From: Longimicrobiales bacterium
GTDB lineage: Bacteria; Gemmatimonadota; Gemmatimonadetes; Longimicrobiales; Gaopeijiaceae
DNA length: 64,000 nucleotides
Assembly: GCA_965238005.1 (NCBI GenBank)
Contig: OZ250165.1
Location: 2,112,001 to 2,176,000 of the forward strand
Reading direction: 5' to 3'
A model generated the notes under the pieces. That model ran no database searches. It was not told the DNA's origin and saw nothing but the letters and a program-made list of their open reading frames with translations. Numbering within the stretch: position 1 is the stretch's first letter; each line of letters begins with the position of its first letter. The translations under genes were made by a program, and so were the position numbers. Shown here piece by piece: positions 20,114-29,715 of this stretch.

Positions 20114-21526
20114 CTAGAAGAAGGCGACGTAGAGGGCCACGGCCAGAGCGGCACCCACTGCCGTGTTGGTGAGGTTGAGGAGCTCGTTGTCGGATCCCCT
20201 TCGCCCTCCCAGGACGGCACCGATGAAGGACTCTACCGTGGACCCGAAGAAGGCACCGAGGACCGCCGTCATCGCACCCGCGATCGTGACCAGGCCGACC
20301 GAGGAGGCGAGCATCGCCATGGCCAGCGCGGCCACAGCACCAGCCGCAGTCCCTTCGAGCGAAACGGCACCGGCCGTACCGGCCGGAACAGAATGAAGCG
20401 TCGTGATGAGGTGGTGTCGTCTCCCGTAGGCCTTACCGACCTCGGAGGCAGTGGTGTCGAAGATGGCCGTGGCGAAGGCCGCCACCATGGCCAGTGTGAA
20501 GAGCTCCGGGAAGAGCGTGGCCACCGCCAAGAAGCCGAAGGCCACGCCGGCGCCTGTGTTGGCGAAAGCGCTCCCCGCCCCTCTCCGTCCCTCCCTCTCC
20601 TGGGCGATGCCGAGGGCAGCCTTGCGTGAGTGGCCCAAGCGGGTCACGCCCACGCCTCCGACCACGAGCAGGATCAGCAGGGCGAAGCCCGGCCAGCCAG
20701 CGAACGCGTACAGAAGGGTGCCCACGACCGTGCCCGCGAAGGCTCCGTCCTGGTCCACCGACCGAGTGGCGTACGCCAGCACCGCGAACGGCGCCGTGAC
20801 GATAAGCCCCCATATCAGACCGAGCGCCAGCACTGGGATTCTCTCCACCACCTGGGACGGATCGACCAGCGTGGCCGCCAGGAGTACCGCACCCCCCACC
20901 ACCGGCACCAACACGTTGTCGTCTACGCTGGTCTCCATCGACTCTGCAAATGCGGCCGCTACTGCCGCCGCCACGCAGCCGAACAGCAGAAACGTCAAGC
21001 CCCCGGCCTCCATGAGCCGGCCCGGGAAGAACGACGCACCGACCCAGGTCACTTCGACCTCGGGCCACACGGCGGTAGCGCCCCGGGCACGCTGCGTCCA
21101 GCGGATCAGGAAAGCGCAGGCGGCCGCCCCGAACAGCACGAAGGCGCCGAGGCCAGACCACGTCTTCCTCTCGTTCCACGGAAACCGTGGACCGCCGACC
21201 GCCAGGCCTGAGAGGGTGGCCATGCCGTCCCCCACAGCCATGAGCGCCCAGATGCCTGCCGCCAGCTCGAGCCGTGACTGAAAGACGACGAACACGCCCA
21301 GCAGGACGGCGGGGTAGATCACGATGCCCGCCGAGAAGCCTCTTTCCCGCTCATCGGGCCGTAACAGCCTCCTCCCCGTCAGGCGGTGCAAGAAGAAGAG
21401 ATTCAGCACCAGAGCGGCCACCGCCATCAAGACAGCCTGCCATGGTGTCAGCCAGCGCAGAAGGAGGGCGAAGCCCCCCATGGAGATGTGCACGACCTTC
21501 CGGGGAAGCTCCGAGCGGAGCGTCAT
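20114..21526 (-). CDS. Membrane protein: polyprenol/phytol-kinase-like (CTP_transf) N-domain fused to DUF92
   Basis: ELPRKVVHI, GDGMA...KTWSG and DDN in the N-half; DTTASEVG, GAVSLEGT and NELLNL in the C-half. Confidence 0.75.
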   Translation of the reverse strand: MTLRSELPRKVVHISMGGFALLLRWLTPWQAVLMAVAALVLNLFFLHRLTGRRLLRPDERERGFSAGIVIYPAVLLGVFVVFQSRLELAAGIWALMAVGDGMATLSGLAVGGPRFPWNERKTWSGLGAFVLFGAAACAFLIRWTQRARGATAVWPEVEVTWVGASFFPGRLMEAGGLTFLLFGCVAAAVAAAFAESMETSVDDNVLVPVVGGAVLLAATLVDPSQVVERIPVLALGLIWGLIVTAPFAVLAYATRSVDQDGAFAGTVVGTLLYAFAGWPGFALLILLVVGGVGVTRLGHSRKAALGIAQEREGRRGAGSAFANTGAGVAFGFLAVATLFPELFTLAMVAAFATAIFDTTASEVGKAYGRRHHLITTLHSVPAGTAGAVSLEGTAAGAVAALAMAMLASSVGLVTIAGAMTAVLGAFFGSTVESFIGAVLGGRRGSDNELLNLTNTAVGAALAVALYVAFF

Positions 21527-21599
21527 GGCATCCAGCCTGGGCGGGTGGCTTCTCGGCCCACCTGTGTGGTCGGGACGGACGGCGGAGTGCGGCACGGGC

Positions 21600-23891
21600 T
21601 CAGCCGAACATTCGCTTGAAGACCGAGCGGACATGACCTTCGTACCGCTTCACCACCAGCACGGATGCCGGTGAATAGCGGGCCACCTTCTCGGGAATCT
21701 CACCGAAGAGGACTTGCCGGAAGAACGGCTCCCGCGCCGCGCCCAGGACCACGAGATCGAAGTCCTTGCTGGCCCGCGCAATCCCGCCGGCGATGGTCTT
21801 TGCTTCGATGAGGAATCGGTCGACCTGGACCTGCGGTCCCATTCGGGACAGGGTCTTGTCGATCCACCGCTCGGCCTCGGCCCGGTCCGCGGGCGACGCG
21901 TCCGGATCCACGATGTGGCACGCCGTTACCGTCATGTGGAAGGCAGGAGCGAGGACGTTCAGGAGCTCGGCGACCAAAAGAGCATGGGCTCCTCCCGCGG
22001 TCGGGAAGAGACAGCGGTTGGGCAACTGGGGGTCGGCTATCTTGAGGAGGGCCAGGTCACAGGGGGCGTTGCGGATCACCTGGTCGGCCACCTCCCCGAA
22101 GATCCGGTCGCCTGTGTCCGTGTACCCCTTCCAGCCCATGACCAGCATATCGGCGCCGCTTCGGCGGGCGCCCGCCAAGATGCCGTCATGGGCGTGGTGG
22201 GCCACGATCACGTCGGTCTCCAACTCCACACCTCGGAACGCGGCGTGCTCCAGACCGTTCTTGAGCAGGGCTTCCCTGTGATGAGCGAATCGGAGCCCCT
22301 CATGAATGGGAAGCTGGCGGGGCACCTGGACCACCGAGATGGCGGTCGTCTTGAGACCGCGTGCCTCGGCGATGGGTTGAGCGTAGTCCAGGAGGACGTG
22401 CACGTGGTCGGGGTTGTGGAGCGGTACCACGACGGTTTCGTGGACCGCCGGCTCAGCCGGTCGACGTGGCTCGAGGATCTGCGGACGGACCTCCGCTGCC
22501 TGCCTGGCGAAGTACGCGTAGTAGAGCACCAGCCCGGCGAGGATCCACCCACCAGTCACGTACCAGGCCAACGGCTGGAACCTGAACTGGTAGACGGCCA
22601 GATACACGTTCAGGACAATCCCGAGGACGGGTACGACCGGGTACAGCGGGACCTTGTAGCGCCGCGGTAGGTCTGGCGCCTTCCTTCGCAGCGTGATCAC
22701 CGAGAGGTTCACCATGGCGAAGGTGAGGAGGAAGATGAGGCTCGCAGCCGAGCCCACCGCCTCGATCGGCAGCGTCAGCGCCATGGCCAGCAGGATCACC
22801 CCGGTGACGATGATGGCGATGTGGGGGGTGCGACGCTCCGGATGGATCGTGGCCATGGAGACGGGCAGCAGACGGTCCCGCCCCATGGAGAACGCGACCC
22901 GTGACGAGGCCATGACCGTGGCGTTCAAGGCCGACATCGTGGAGAGCAGGCCGCCGAAGACGATGACGGCCACGCCGAACGCCGGCATGAAGCCCTCGGC
23001 CGCGCGTACGATGGCCGTCTCCCCGTAGTCTCCCAGAAAGCGCCACGAGGGCCGGCCGTCGGGAGGCCGCACGGCCGCAAGCGACACGAAGAGGATCAGG
23101 AGATACATGATCATCGTGATGCCGAGGGAGATGAAGGTCGCCCTCGGGATGTTCTTCTCCGGCTCCTTGATCTCCTCGGCCACCGTGGCGATGAGGTCGT
23201 ATCCCTCGAAGGCGATGAACGTGAGGCCCATGGCGACGATCACGCCGCCCATCCCCTGCGGGAAGAAGGGGTTGAAGCTGGCGGCCGCCTGCCCCGGCTC
23301 CTCGAAGACCCGCCGGAGCCCGTAAACGATGAAGACGCCGAGCACGAGGAGCTTGGTGACCGTGAGGAAGTTCTCGGCCTTCCCCGTTACTTCCGCCCCC
23401 CGGACGTTCAGTCGGATGAAGAGGACGCCCACGACAAGAGTGACAAGCAGAATCGCGCCATGCTCGCCCACGACTCCGAATGCACCTCCTGCGAGGCTGG
23501 GTATGTACTTGAGGAAGAACTCCCAGAAGTAGCCGGCGAAGCCAAGGGCGTAGAGGCTGCACGCAACGGTGTAAGCGAACCACAGCATCCAGCCCGCCGT
23601 GAATCCCACCACCCCTGGGAAGGCACGGCGCACGTAGGCGTATCCACCTCCGGCCTCCGGAATGGCCGTGGCGAGCTCGGCGTAGGCGAAGGCCGTGAGC
23701 AGGGTCACCGCGCCATTCAGCGCGAAGGCGAGGATGGAGGCAGGCCCTGACTCGCCCGCGGCGATTCCGGTAAGGACGAAGATGCCGGCGCCGATCATGG
23801 CGCCGACCCCGATCATGGTGGCATCGAAGAGCCCGAGGTCTCGGGCGAAGGCGGGCGCGCCGGGTGTGGAGCCTTCGGCGTTCGAGCTCAC
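21600..23891 (-). CDS. APC-family amino acid permease with C-terminal universal stress protein domains
   Basis: GAMIGAGIF, GGGYAY and FIAFEGY motifs; two USP-like domains (LVMGW...APCD; VVLGA...FGEIPEKV). Confidence 0.9.
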   Translation of the reverse strand: MSSNAEGSTPGAPAFARDLGLFDATMIGVGAMIGAGIFVLTGIAAGESGPASILAFALNGAVTLLTAFAYAELATAIPEAGGGYAYVRRAFPGVVGFTAGWMLWFAYTVACSLYALGFAGYFWEFFLKYIPSLAGGAFGVVGEHGAILLVTLVVGVLFIRLNVRGAEVTGKAENFLTVTKLLVLGVFIVYGLRRVFEEPGQAAASFNPFFPQGMGGVIVAMGLTFIAFEGYDLIATVAEEIKEPEKNIPRATFISLGITMIMYLLILFVSLAAVRPPDGRPSWRFLGDYGETAIVRAAEGFMPAFGVAVIVFGGLLSTMSALNATVMASSRVAFSMGRDRLLPVSMATIHPERRTPHIAIIVTGVILLAMALTLPIEAVGSAASLIFLLTFAMVNLSVITLRRKAPDLPRRYKVPLYPVVPVLGIVLNVYLAVYQFRFQPLAWYVTGGWILAGLVLYYAYFARQAAEVRPQILEPRRPAEPAVHETVVVPLHNPDHVHVLLDYAQPIAEARGLKTTAISVVQVPRQLPIHEGLRFAHHREALLKNGLEHAAFRGVELETDVIVAHHAHDGILAGARRSGADMLVMGWKGYTDTGDRIFGEVADQVIRNAPCDLALLKIADPQLPNRCLFPTAGGAHALLVAELLNVLAPAFHMTVTACHIVDPDASPADRAEAERWIDKTLSRMGPQVQVDRFLIEAKTIAGGIARASKDFDLVVLGAAREPFFRQVLFGEIPEKVARYSPASVLVVKRYEGHVRSVFKRMFG

Positions 23892-24687
23892 GCCAAGGCG
23901 GGTTCCGCTGAGTTCGCTCTGTAGGGCATGGGCCTCCTTACGAATCCTCTTCCGTGTTCAGGCTCCCATGGTCGGGGGGGCGCTCCAAGCTAGTGGCTCG
24001 TTCAGGATTTGCCACCATCGTAGGCCGAATCCCAGGTCTTCTCGGAGGCCGCGAAGTCACACTTGCTCCGGGTGAGTCGATGAGGGACTATTGACCTCTC
24101 AATCCGCCCTGCGCGAGGGGCCACGATGCGTGCAGGACGCATTCGGGCACACCGAGGAATCCCTCCACATCTTCGAAACGTAAGGAAGGGACCTCCTCAT
24201 CCAGCGCACTTGATGATCAACGCGACCGTCATGGCGAGCTTTGCGTACCATGCGGCCATGCGGGACGAGAGGATTCCTCGGAAGCCCTGACGAGATACGC
24301 TCTGTCCTGCTGATGGTCCTCGCGGTCGCCGGCACGCCCTCGTACGTATACTCACGGTATAAAGATACGTATACTTCTTGGTTCCTCCGCTGCCGACCCG
24401 CTTGCCTGCACTGCGGTGCTCGGGCTTGGCGAGTCGACATTGGGAGTTGAAGCGCTGCACTGTGCAGGCGGGGTCAGCTACGGGAGGGCCTCCGCCCCAG
24501 GGAGGACGTCGCGAAGCCGGCGCTAAGTTCCCTCAGGGTAGCCGAGAATCGCCGCCACTCACGGACTCGCTGCGTTTCAGGGCTCTAGGCATACCTGCGG
24601 CTTGAACTTGTGGCGGGGCAGAGGATCTAGATCATATACGCCCGATTCGTCTGCATCGAGAGAGCGAGGGCGAGTGTTGGTTCGAGC

Positions 24688-25060
24688 CTACCCATCCGGC
24701 GGACCATCAGCAACTGCATTCGCGACGGCCTCGAGAAGCTCATCGCGGTCGATAGGCTTTTCGAACGAGGCGACGGCACCCATGGCCTCGGCCCGAGCAA
24801 GTAGTTCCGGCCACTTCCCAGAGACGGCGATTATCGCCGCCTCCGGATACAAACCCAGTAGCCCCTCGATCAGTTCGAGCCCATCGACGTTGGGCATGTG
24901 AAGGGTCCGCGACGACGACGTCAATGTCCTTCTGAAGGTAGGTCTCGAAGGCTTGCTCGCCATCCCAAGCGAAGTAGGTCTCGTGACCCGATCCCTCGAA
25001 GATCGCACGCAGGAGGAGGGCATCCCCAGATTCATCTTCGACGATCAGTATTCGAGCCAC
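24688..25060 (-). pseudogene. Single-domain response regulator, frameshifted near 24905
   Basis: ARILIVEDE...DVVVAD shifts frame to LHMPNVDGLEL...FEKP; paralogue of 54851..55210. Confidence 0.75.
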
Positions 25061-25097
25061 GATGGAACCTCCCCTGCCATTCTCGCGGTTGCCGGCT

Positions 25098-25304
25098 TCA
25101 CCCATCGGCTCCGCGCACCCTCTGGGCATGATCGAGCCGAATCTCGAGCTCCTTGTCGGTGAGGCTGTCTAGCTCGGCTAGGCGGTGCAGCAGCGCGGTA
25201 CGCCGGTCGCCGCCACGAATGAAGACGACCTCCATCCCTAGCCCACGAATCAGCACCCAGACCTTGCCGTCCCTCGGATCCGTCCAGTTCCGCGTGCGGT
25301 CCAT
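25098..25304 (-). CDS. Small 'WTDPRDGK' family protein (copy 1)
   Basis: MDRTRNWTDPRDGKVW...LDSLTDKELEIRLDHA; similar to five other ORFs in the window. Confidence 0.7.
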   Translation of the reverse strand: MDRTRNWTDPRDGKVWVLIRGLGMEVVFIRGGDRRTALLHRLAELDSLTDKELEIRLDHAQRVRGADG

Positions 25305-25308
25305 GCCT

Positions 25309-25531
25309 TCATCTCTTGGCCTCGTCGAGGAGGCCCTGCAGCTCTGCGTCGGAGCGATCCTCGAGTCCGACCTCGAAGTCCACCTCGATGCTGTAGTGCT
25401 CGCCCTCTTCGGCCGCGAACAACCAGCACGTCCCGATCTCCTCGATCGAACCAGAGCATCCAGTAACTGCCGTCGCGGCGATCGAACCACCCGCGCATCG
25501 GAGTTACCGTTTCGTCAGATGCTTCAGGCAT
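25309..25531 (-). pseudogene. Small 'WTDPRDGK' family protein (copy 2), +1 frameshift
   Basis: Near-identical DNA to the intact 63514..63735, with an extra base near 25420. Confidence 0.7.
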
Positions 25532-25734
25532 CAGCCGAACGCCCGACGCGTCGGAGGCCCATGCTCATGGTGCACGATCACCACGCTGGGCTCGAATGCC
25601 TCAGCAAGGTGGAAGGCACCGCTGACCGCTTCCTCCTTGGACCGATATCGAAGTGCGTCCACAGCCGTGTCCCATCGACGAACTGCCCAGTAGTCGCCGA
25701 CCTGACGGACATGGAAGATGGAACGCTTAGCCAT
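25531..25734 (-). CDS. DUF2188-like small protein
   Basis: FHVRQVGDYWAV...SKEEAVSGAFHLA...VIVHHEHG pattern. Confidence 0.65.
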   Translation of the reverse strand: MAKRSIFHVRQVGDYWAVRRWDTAVDALRYRSKEEAVSGAFHLAEAFEPSVVIVHHEHGPPTRRAFG

Positions 25735-25809
25735 CGGTCCCGCGGCTTCGAGAATGTCACTAGGCTGGAAGTCGTCTGGCCCTGCCCTCGCTCGCCAGCC
25801 TCACCGCCC

Positions 25810-26094
25810 CTATTTGTTGTACTTGGGCTTGGACCTCTTGATGCTGCGCGCCTCCGCTTCCCGCGCGTCAGCGATCGAGCTTTTTGGGGTGATCTCAACC
25901 GTTTTGGCACCCGGAATCGCGTCGGGTCCTCCGGGCAGATGTTCCATGAGCCGCTCTGCGACACGTCCTTTCTTCGCCACCCCGGTGTATGTGTTGGTCC
26001 CAGATCGGTTGCGGATCTTGTAGACGACCGGTTTGTCCTGGGCCAGTGATTCGATGCCCGCCTTACTAAACCGGGCCTTCTTTTTTCCCGCCAT
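25810..26094 (-). CDS. Stand-alone mini GIY-YIG nuclease-like protein
   Basis: VVYKI...YTG...R.AERLMEH...E...I...PKYN, matching the GIY-YIG core pattern; GGAGG RBS. Confidence 0.7.
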   Translation of the reverse strand: MAGKKKARFSKAGIESLAQDKPVVYKIRNRSGTNTYTGVAKKGRVAERLMEHLPGGPDAIPGAKTVEITPKSSIADAREAEARSIKRSKPKYNK

Positions 26095-26130
26095 GATGTA
26101 CCTCCGAGGTAATAGTCATGATCGTCCCTC

Positions 26131-26325
26131 CTACCCCCTGGCCCGATCCAGCAGCGCTTCGAGCTCGTTGTCGGTCACGTCGGCAAGCGGCGTATCCGAT
26201 CGCACCTCCGCCGTGAACTGCTTGCCATCCGCCGCGAACGCCAGCACTCCGCGCCGCTCACCCCGTTCGAGCCAGAGCAGCCAGTGCTTGCCGTCCCTCG
26301 GGTCGGTCCAGTCGCGGTGGGTCAT
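26131..26325 (-). CDS. Small 'WTDPRDGK' family protein (copy 3)
   Basis: MTHRDWTDPRDGKHW...LADVTDNELEALLDRARG. Confidence 0.72.
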   Translation of the reverse strand: MTHRDWTDPRDGKHWLLWLERGERRGVLAFAADGKQFTAEVRSDTPLADVTDNELEALLDRARG

Positions 26326-26438
26326 ACCTCGGCCCCGACCACGGTTGCGAGTTCCGGCTTCAGAACCTTCGGCGCGACCTTCCGCTCGTGCTTGATGTCT
26401 TCAGCCAGGTAGACCGTAGCCATGCCGCCCTCACCTAG
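26322..26438 (-). pseudogene. Fragment of a Hanks-type Ser/Thr protein kinase (subdomains I-II)
   Basis: LGEGGMATVYLAEDIKHERKVAPKVLKPELA; cut on the 5' side by IS1182. Confidence 0.8.
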
Positions 26439-28040
26439 GAGTCTGCGCCGCAGAAGCACAGCTGACTGAGCCGAATGGTCATCGAGCCGTCCGCGGCGAG
26501 GCGGATCCGGGTGATTGGGAGGTTGAGGACTTGTGTCTGCGACGGATCGGGAGAGCGGAATGGATGCGTTGGGGGGGGCAAGAGAGCTACGAGAGCCCTC
26601 GCGCCGGCAGATGCGGGTGAACCCTCGTGCAGTCATGCCGCCTGAAGGGTGTGCAGCCGCTTCACATTGAGTGCCAGGCACACGAGGGTCCACTCGGCCC
26701 GGACCTTCTCGAGGCCCCGGAAGCTGAATCGTCGAAAGCCCATCACTTCCTTGATCCAGCCGATGGGCGCCTCGGCCTGCGACTTTCGCCGTGCGTAGCG
26801 TCTGCGGCCATCTTCGCTCGCCAGCTTCTCCGCCATGCGGACTTTCGCCGGATATTCCTCCTTGTCAACCGTGGGGGCGGCCTTGCCCTCCCGGGCCAGC
26901 GCCACATACCCGTCGATGTCTCGCTCTTCCAGTTCCTCGAGATCCCGCTCGTTGCAATAGCCCGTGTCCGCCAGCACCTGCGCCGGCGTCTCGCCGTACG
27001 CTTGCGCCACCGCGTCGACCATGGGCACCAGCTGGCCCTGGTCGCTCGCGTTGTCCGTCACCTCGGCCCCGACCACCAGCTGGTTCTCCCCCTCCACGAC
27101 CGTCTGTGCGTTGTAGCACTGCTGGAACCCCTCCGAACTCGTCTTCATGATCCGGCTCTCAGGGTCCGTGAAGTTGCTCTGCGCCGCCTCGTCCGGCTCT
27201 CCGTACTCCCGCTTGTAGGGCCTGCCGCCCTTCGGGTTGCGCGTCTGCCCCGGCTTGCGGCCCCGTGCGTCGTCCGCCGCTCTCTGCTCGGCTTCCAGGC
27301 GCGCCTTCGCCTCCCGGATCGCCGCCAGCCGGTCCTCGCGCCGCTTGAGCTCCTCCGGCACCTCGTCTCCGCATGCTTCCTCGCCGTAGCGCTCGTCTTC
27401 CGCTTCGTCCACCGCCTCGGCCCTCTCCAACAGCCCCCGGATCTCCGCCTCCAGCCGAGGCTCCCCGGTCACCATCCGGCCGTAGCTCATCGCCTTGCGC
27501 TTGTTCGCGTTCGCCCGAACCTTCGTCCCGTCCACCGACACCCTGCCAAGCCCCGCCAGCCCCAAGGCCCGCGCGAGCATCACCACCTCCACAAACACCG
27601 CCCGGAAATCCCCGAGATGGCGCTTGCGGAACTCGCACAGCGTCCGGTGCTTCGGGAAGTTCTCCGCCGCCAGCATCCGAAACGCGACATCCTCCTCCAG
27701 CTTCCTCGCCATCTTCCGCGACGAGAAGGTGCCCGTCGCATACGCGTAGATCAGCACCTTGACCATCATCCGAGGGTCGTACGGCGAGTTGCGCCGCCCG
27801 TCCCCCCGGTACCGCCCGTAGAACGCGCTCAGCTCCACCGCGTCCACCAGGTCGCTCACATGGTGCGCCAAATGACCCTCCGACACCCACTCCCGAAGAT
27901 CCGGAGGCAGCAACAACATCTGCTCCGGATCGTACGGTCGAAATGTCGTTCCCATTCACCCCCCTCGGTGATCCGCAAGCCTTCCCAATGCCTTCGCTAC
28001 CACCAAAGATAGCCGCCGCAGGGTTCTGCGGCGCAGACTC
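26439..28040 (-). mobile_element. IS1182-family insertion sequence
   Basis: 17-bp perfect IRs GAGTCTGCGCCGCAGAA (26439-26455 and 28024-28040); CTAG on both flanks; transposase inside. Confidence 0.92.
26633..27955 (-). CDS. IS1182-family transposase
   Basis: LLPPDLREW, YDPRMMVKVLIYAY, SSRK, VDGTK, TDPESR, YNAQ and ADTGY motifs. Confidence 0.93.
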   Translation of the reverse strand: MGTTFRPYDPEQMLLLPPDLREWVSEGHLAHHVSDLVDAVELSAFYGRYRGDGRRNSPYDPRMMVKVLIYAYATGTFSSRKMARKLEEDVAFRMLAAENFPKHRTLCEFRKRHLGDFRAVFVEVVMLARALGLAGLGRVSVDGTKVRANANKRKAMSYGRMVTGEPRLEAEIRGLLERAEAVDEAEDERYGEEACGDEVPEELKRREDRLAAIREAKARLEAEQRAADDARGRKPGQTRNPKGGRPYKREYGEPDEAAQSNFTDPESRIMKTSSEGFQQCYNAQTVVEGENQLVVGAEVTDNASDQGQLVPMVDAVAQAYGETPAQVLADTGYCNERDLEELEERDIDGYVALAREGKAAPTVDKEEYPAKVRMAEKLASEDGRRRYARRKSQAEAPIGWIKEVMGFRRFSFRGLEKVRAEWTLVCLALNVKRLHTLQAA

Positions 28041-28595
28041 CTAGCCCAGCTCCAGAACCGTGACTTCCAGGTTCGTGTAGATGCAGATCTCCCCAGCGAT
28101 CTCCAGGGCCCTGCGCACCGTTTCAGCCGCCGATAGCTCGGAGTGAGCCATCAGCGCCCGCGCCGCGGCCAGGGCGTACGAGCCTCCCGACCCGATGGCC
28201 AAAAGTCCGTCGTCGGGCTCGATGACCTCTCCCTCCCCACTCACCAGGAAGAGGTGGCTCGAGTCTGCCACGAGGAGAAGCGCGTCTAGCCTCCGAAGGT
28301 AGCGATCCATCCGCCAATCCTTGGCGAGCTCCACTACCGCCCTCGTCAGGTTGGCCGGAAAGCGCTCCAGCTTCTCCTCGAGCTTCTCAAAGAGTGTGAA
28401 AGCATCGGCAACGGCGCCGGCAAACCCCACCAGGACCTGGCCTTCTCGCAGGGCCCTCACCTTTTCGGCCGTGTTCTTCACGACCGAATCGCCCATCGTG
28501 ACCTGGCCGTCACCACCGAGGGCGACCTTGCCGTCCCGGCGCACGGCCAGGATGGTCGTTGCGTGAATCGCGGGCCGGTCCGTACGACTCTTCAT
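28041..28595 (-). CDS. hslV: ATP-dependent protease subunit HslV
   Basis: [24 protein letters not shown] and ICIYTN motifs. Confidence 0.96.
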   Translation of the reverse strand: MKSRTDRPAIHATTILAVRRDGKVALGGDGQVTMGDSVVKNTAEKVRALREGQVLVGFAGAVADAFTLFEKLEEKLERFPANLTRAVVELAKDWRMDRYLRRLDALLLVADSSHLFLVSGEGEVIEPDDGLLAIGSGGSYALAAARALMAHSELSAAETVRRALEIAGEICIYTNLEVTVLELG

Positions 28596-28778
28596 CTATC
28601 TCCTTCGGTTCGTCCTTCCCACCTAGAACGCGAGCGAGCTCCCCTCCGGCGAGCGCCCGCAGGGGCCCCGAGGCGGCTCGTCACCCCTTCCGGGCGGGCC
28701 TCTACGATACACCAACCGGGAGGGAGGACCAAGGCGCCAAGGGAGCGACCGAGGCGCTACGAAGGGTTCCCGGGGAGC

Positions 28779-29693
28779 TCAGGATCGCGGGTGGGCGTCG
28801 CGATACACCTGGCGGAGCCGCTCCTTGGAGGTGTGGGTGTATATCTGGGTCGTGGACAGAGACACGTGCCCAAGGAGCTCCTTGACGGCCATGAGATCCG
28901 CTCCGGCATCCATGAGGTGGGTAGCGAAGCTGTGACGGAGCGAGTGCACGCTCAAGCCCTCTCCAGCCGCGGCATCCTGCAGGAACTCCCTTACCACCTT
29001 CTGGACGGACCGCTGAGAGAGCCTCTGGCCCCGCGGGTTGAGGAGGAGAGCCCCCTCATCGGACGACCCGGATCGCCGGAGAACCTCCTTGCGTCGTGGC
29101 AAATACCGGCCCAGGGCCTTACCCGCTGCACCCGTGAGGGGGACGATGCGCTCCTTTCGTCCTTTGCCCAAGACCTTCAGCTGGCTCCGTGCGAGGTCGA
29201 GATCCGAGACGTCCAGGCCATGGATCTCGGCCAACCTGAGGCCGCTGCCGTAGAGGAGCTCGAGGATGACCAGGTTCCTCGTGCCACGGGGCGTATTCTC
29301 GGCGGCCCGGTTCTCCGCCACCGCGAAGACGGCCCTCAGATCGGCTTCGCTCGCGTGTCCAGGAAGTGGCTTCTCGAGCTTCGGCGAGCGAAGGGCCCGC
29401 GTGGGATCCGCCGGAAGCCGCTCTCCGACATTGAGGAAGCGATAGAACGTCCGGACGGCCGAGAGCTTTCTGGCCACCGTGCGCCGTCCCAGCCCCCTCC
29501 GCCCACACCATCCCATGAATCCGCGCAGATCGAGGCGTTCGATGCCCGACCAGTGCCAGCCCGTGCCACCCAGATGCTCGTCCAGAAACGTGGCGAGGTC
29601 TTTGAGGTCCTTCTGGTAGGACACCACTGTGCGGGACGACAGCCGGCGCTCGTGCTCGAGGTGGCGGAGGAAGCGAGCGACGTCGGCGTCCAT
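28779..29693 (-). CDS. xerC: Tyrosine recombinase XerC
   Basis: LYGSGLR, GKGRKER, HSLRHSFATH and LLGH...TTQIYT motifs; trmFO-xerC-hslV synteny. Confidence 0.9.
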   Translation of the reverse strand: MDADVARFLRHLEHERRLSSRTVVSYQKDLKDLATFLDEHLGGTGWHWSGIERLDLRGFMGWCGRRGLGRRTVARKLSAVRTFYRFLNVGERLPADPTRALRSPKLEKPLPGHASEADLRAVFAVAENRAAENTPRGTRNLVILELLYGSGLRLAEIHGLDVSDLDLARSQLKVLGKGRKERIVPLTGAAGKALGRYLPRRKEVLRRSGSSDEGALLLNPRGQRLSQRSVQKVVREFLQDAAAGEGLSVHSLRHSFATHLMDAGADLMAVKELLGHVSLSTTQIYTHTSKERLRQVYRDAHPRS

Positions 29694-29715
29694 CGTGGGT
29701 GCCGCGCCTAGCGGG

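Noticed and set aside
23900..24680. Short ORFs between the permease and the receiver pseudogene
   Set aside because: No recognisable motifs or consistent frame; probably decayed sequence.
24670..24695. GGTTCGAGCC as a tRNA T-loop
   Set aside because: No acceptor stem or D-arm can be formed, and it abuts the receiver gene stop.
28779..29693. xerC as an integron integrase for the small-gene arrays
   Set aside because: About 304 aa, no IntI-specific insertion, and it sits in the housekeeping topA-trmFO-xerC-hslV context.
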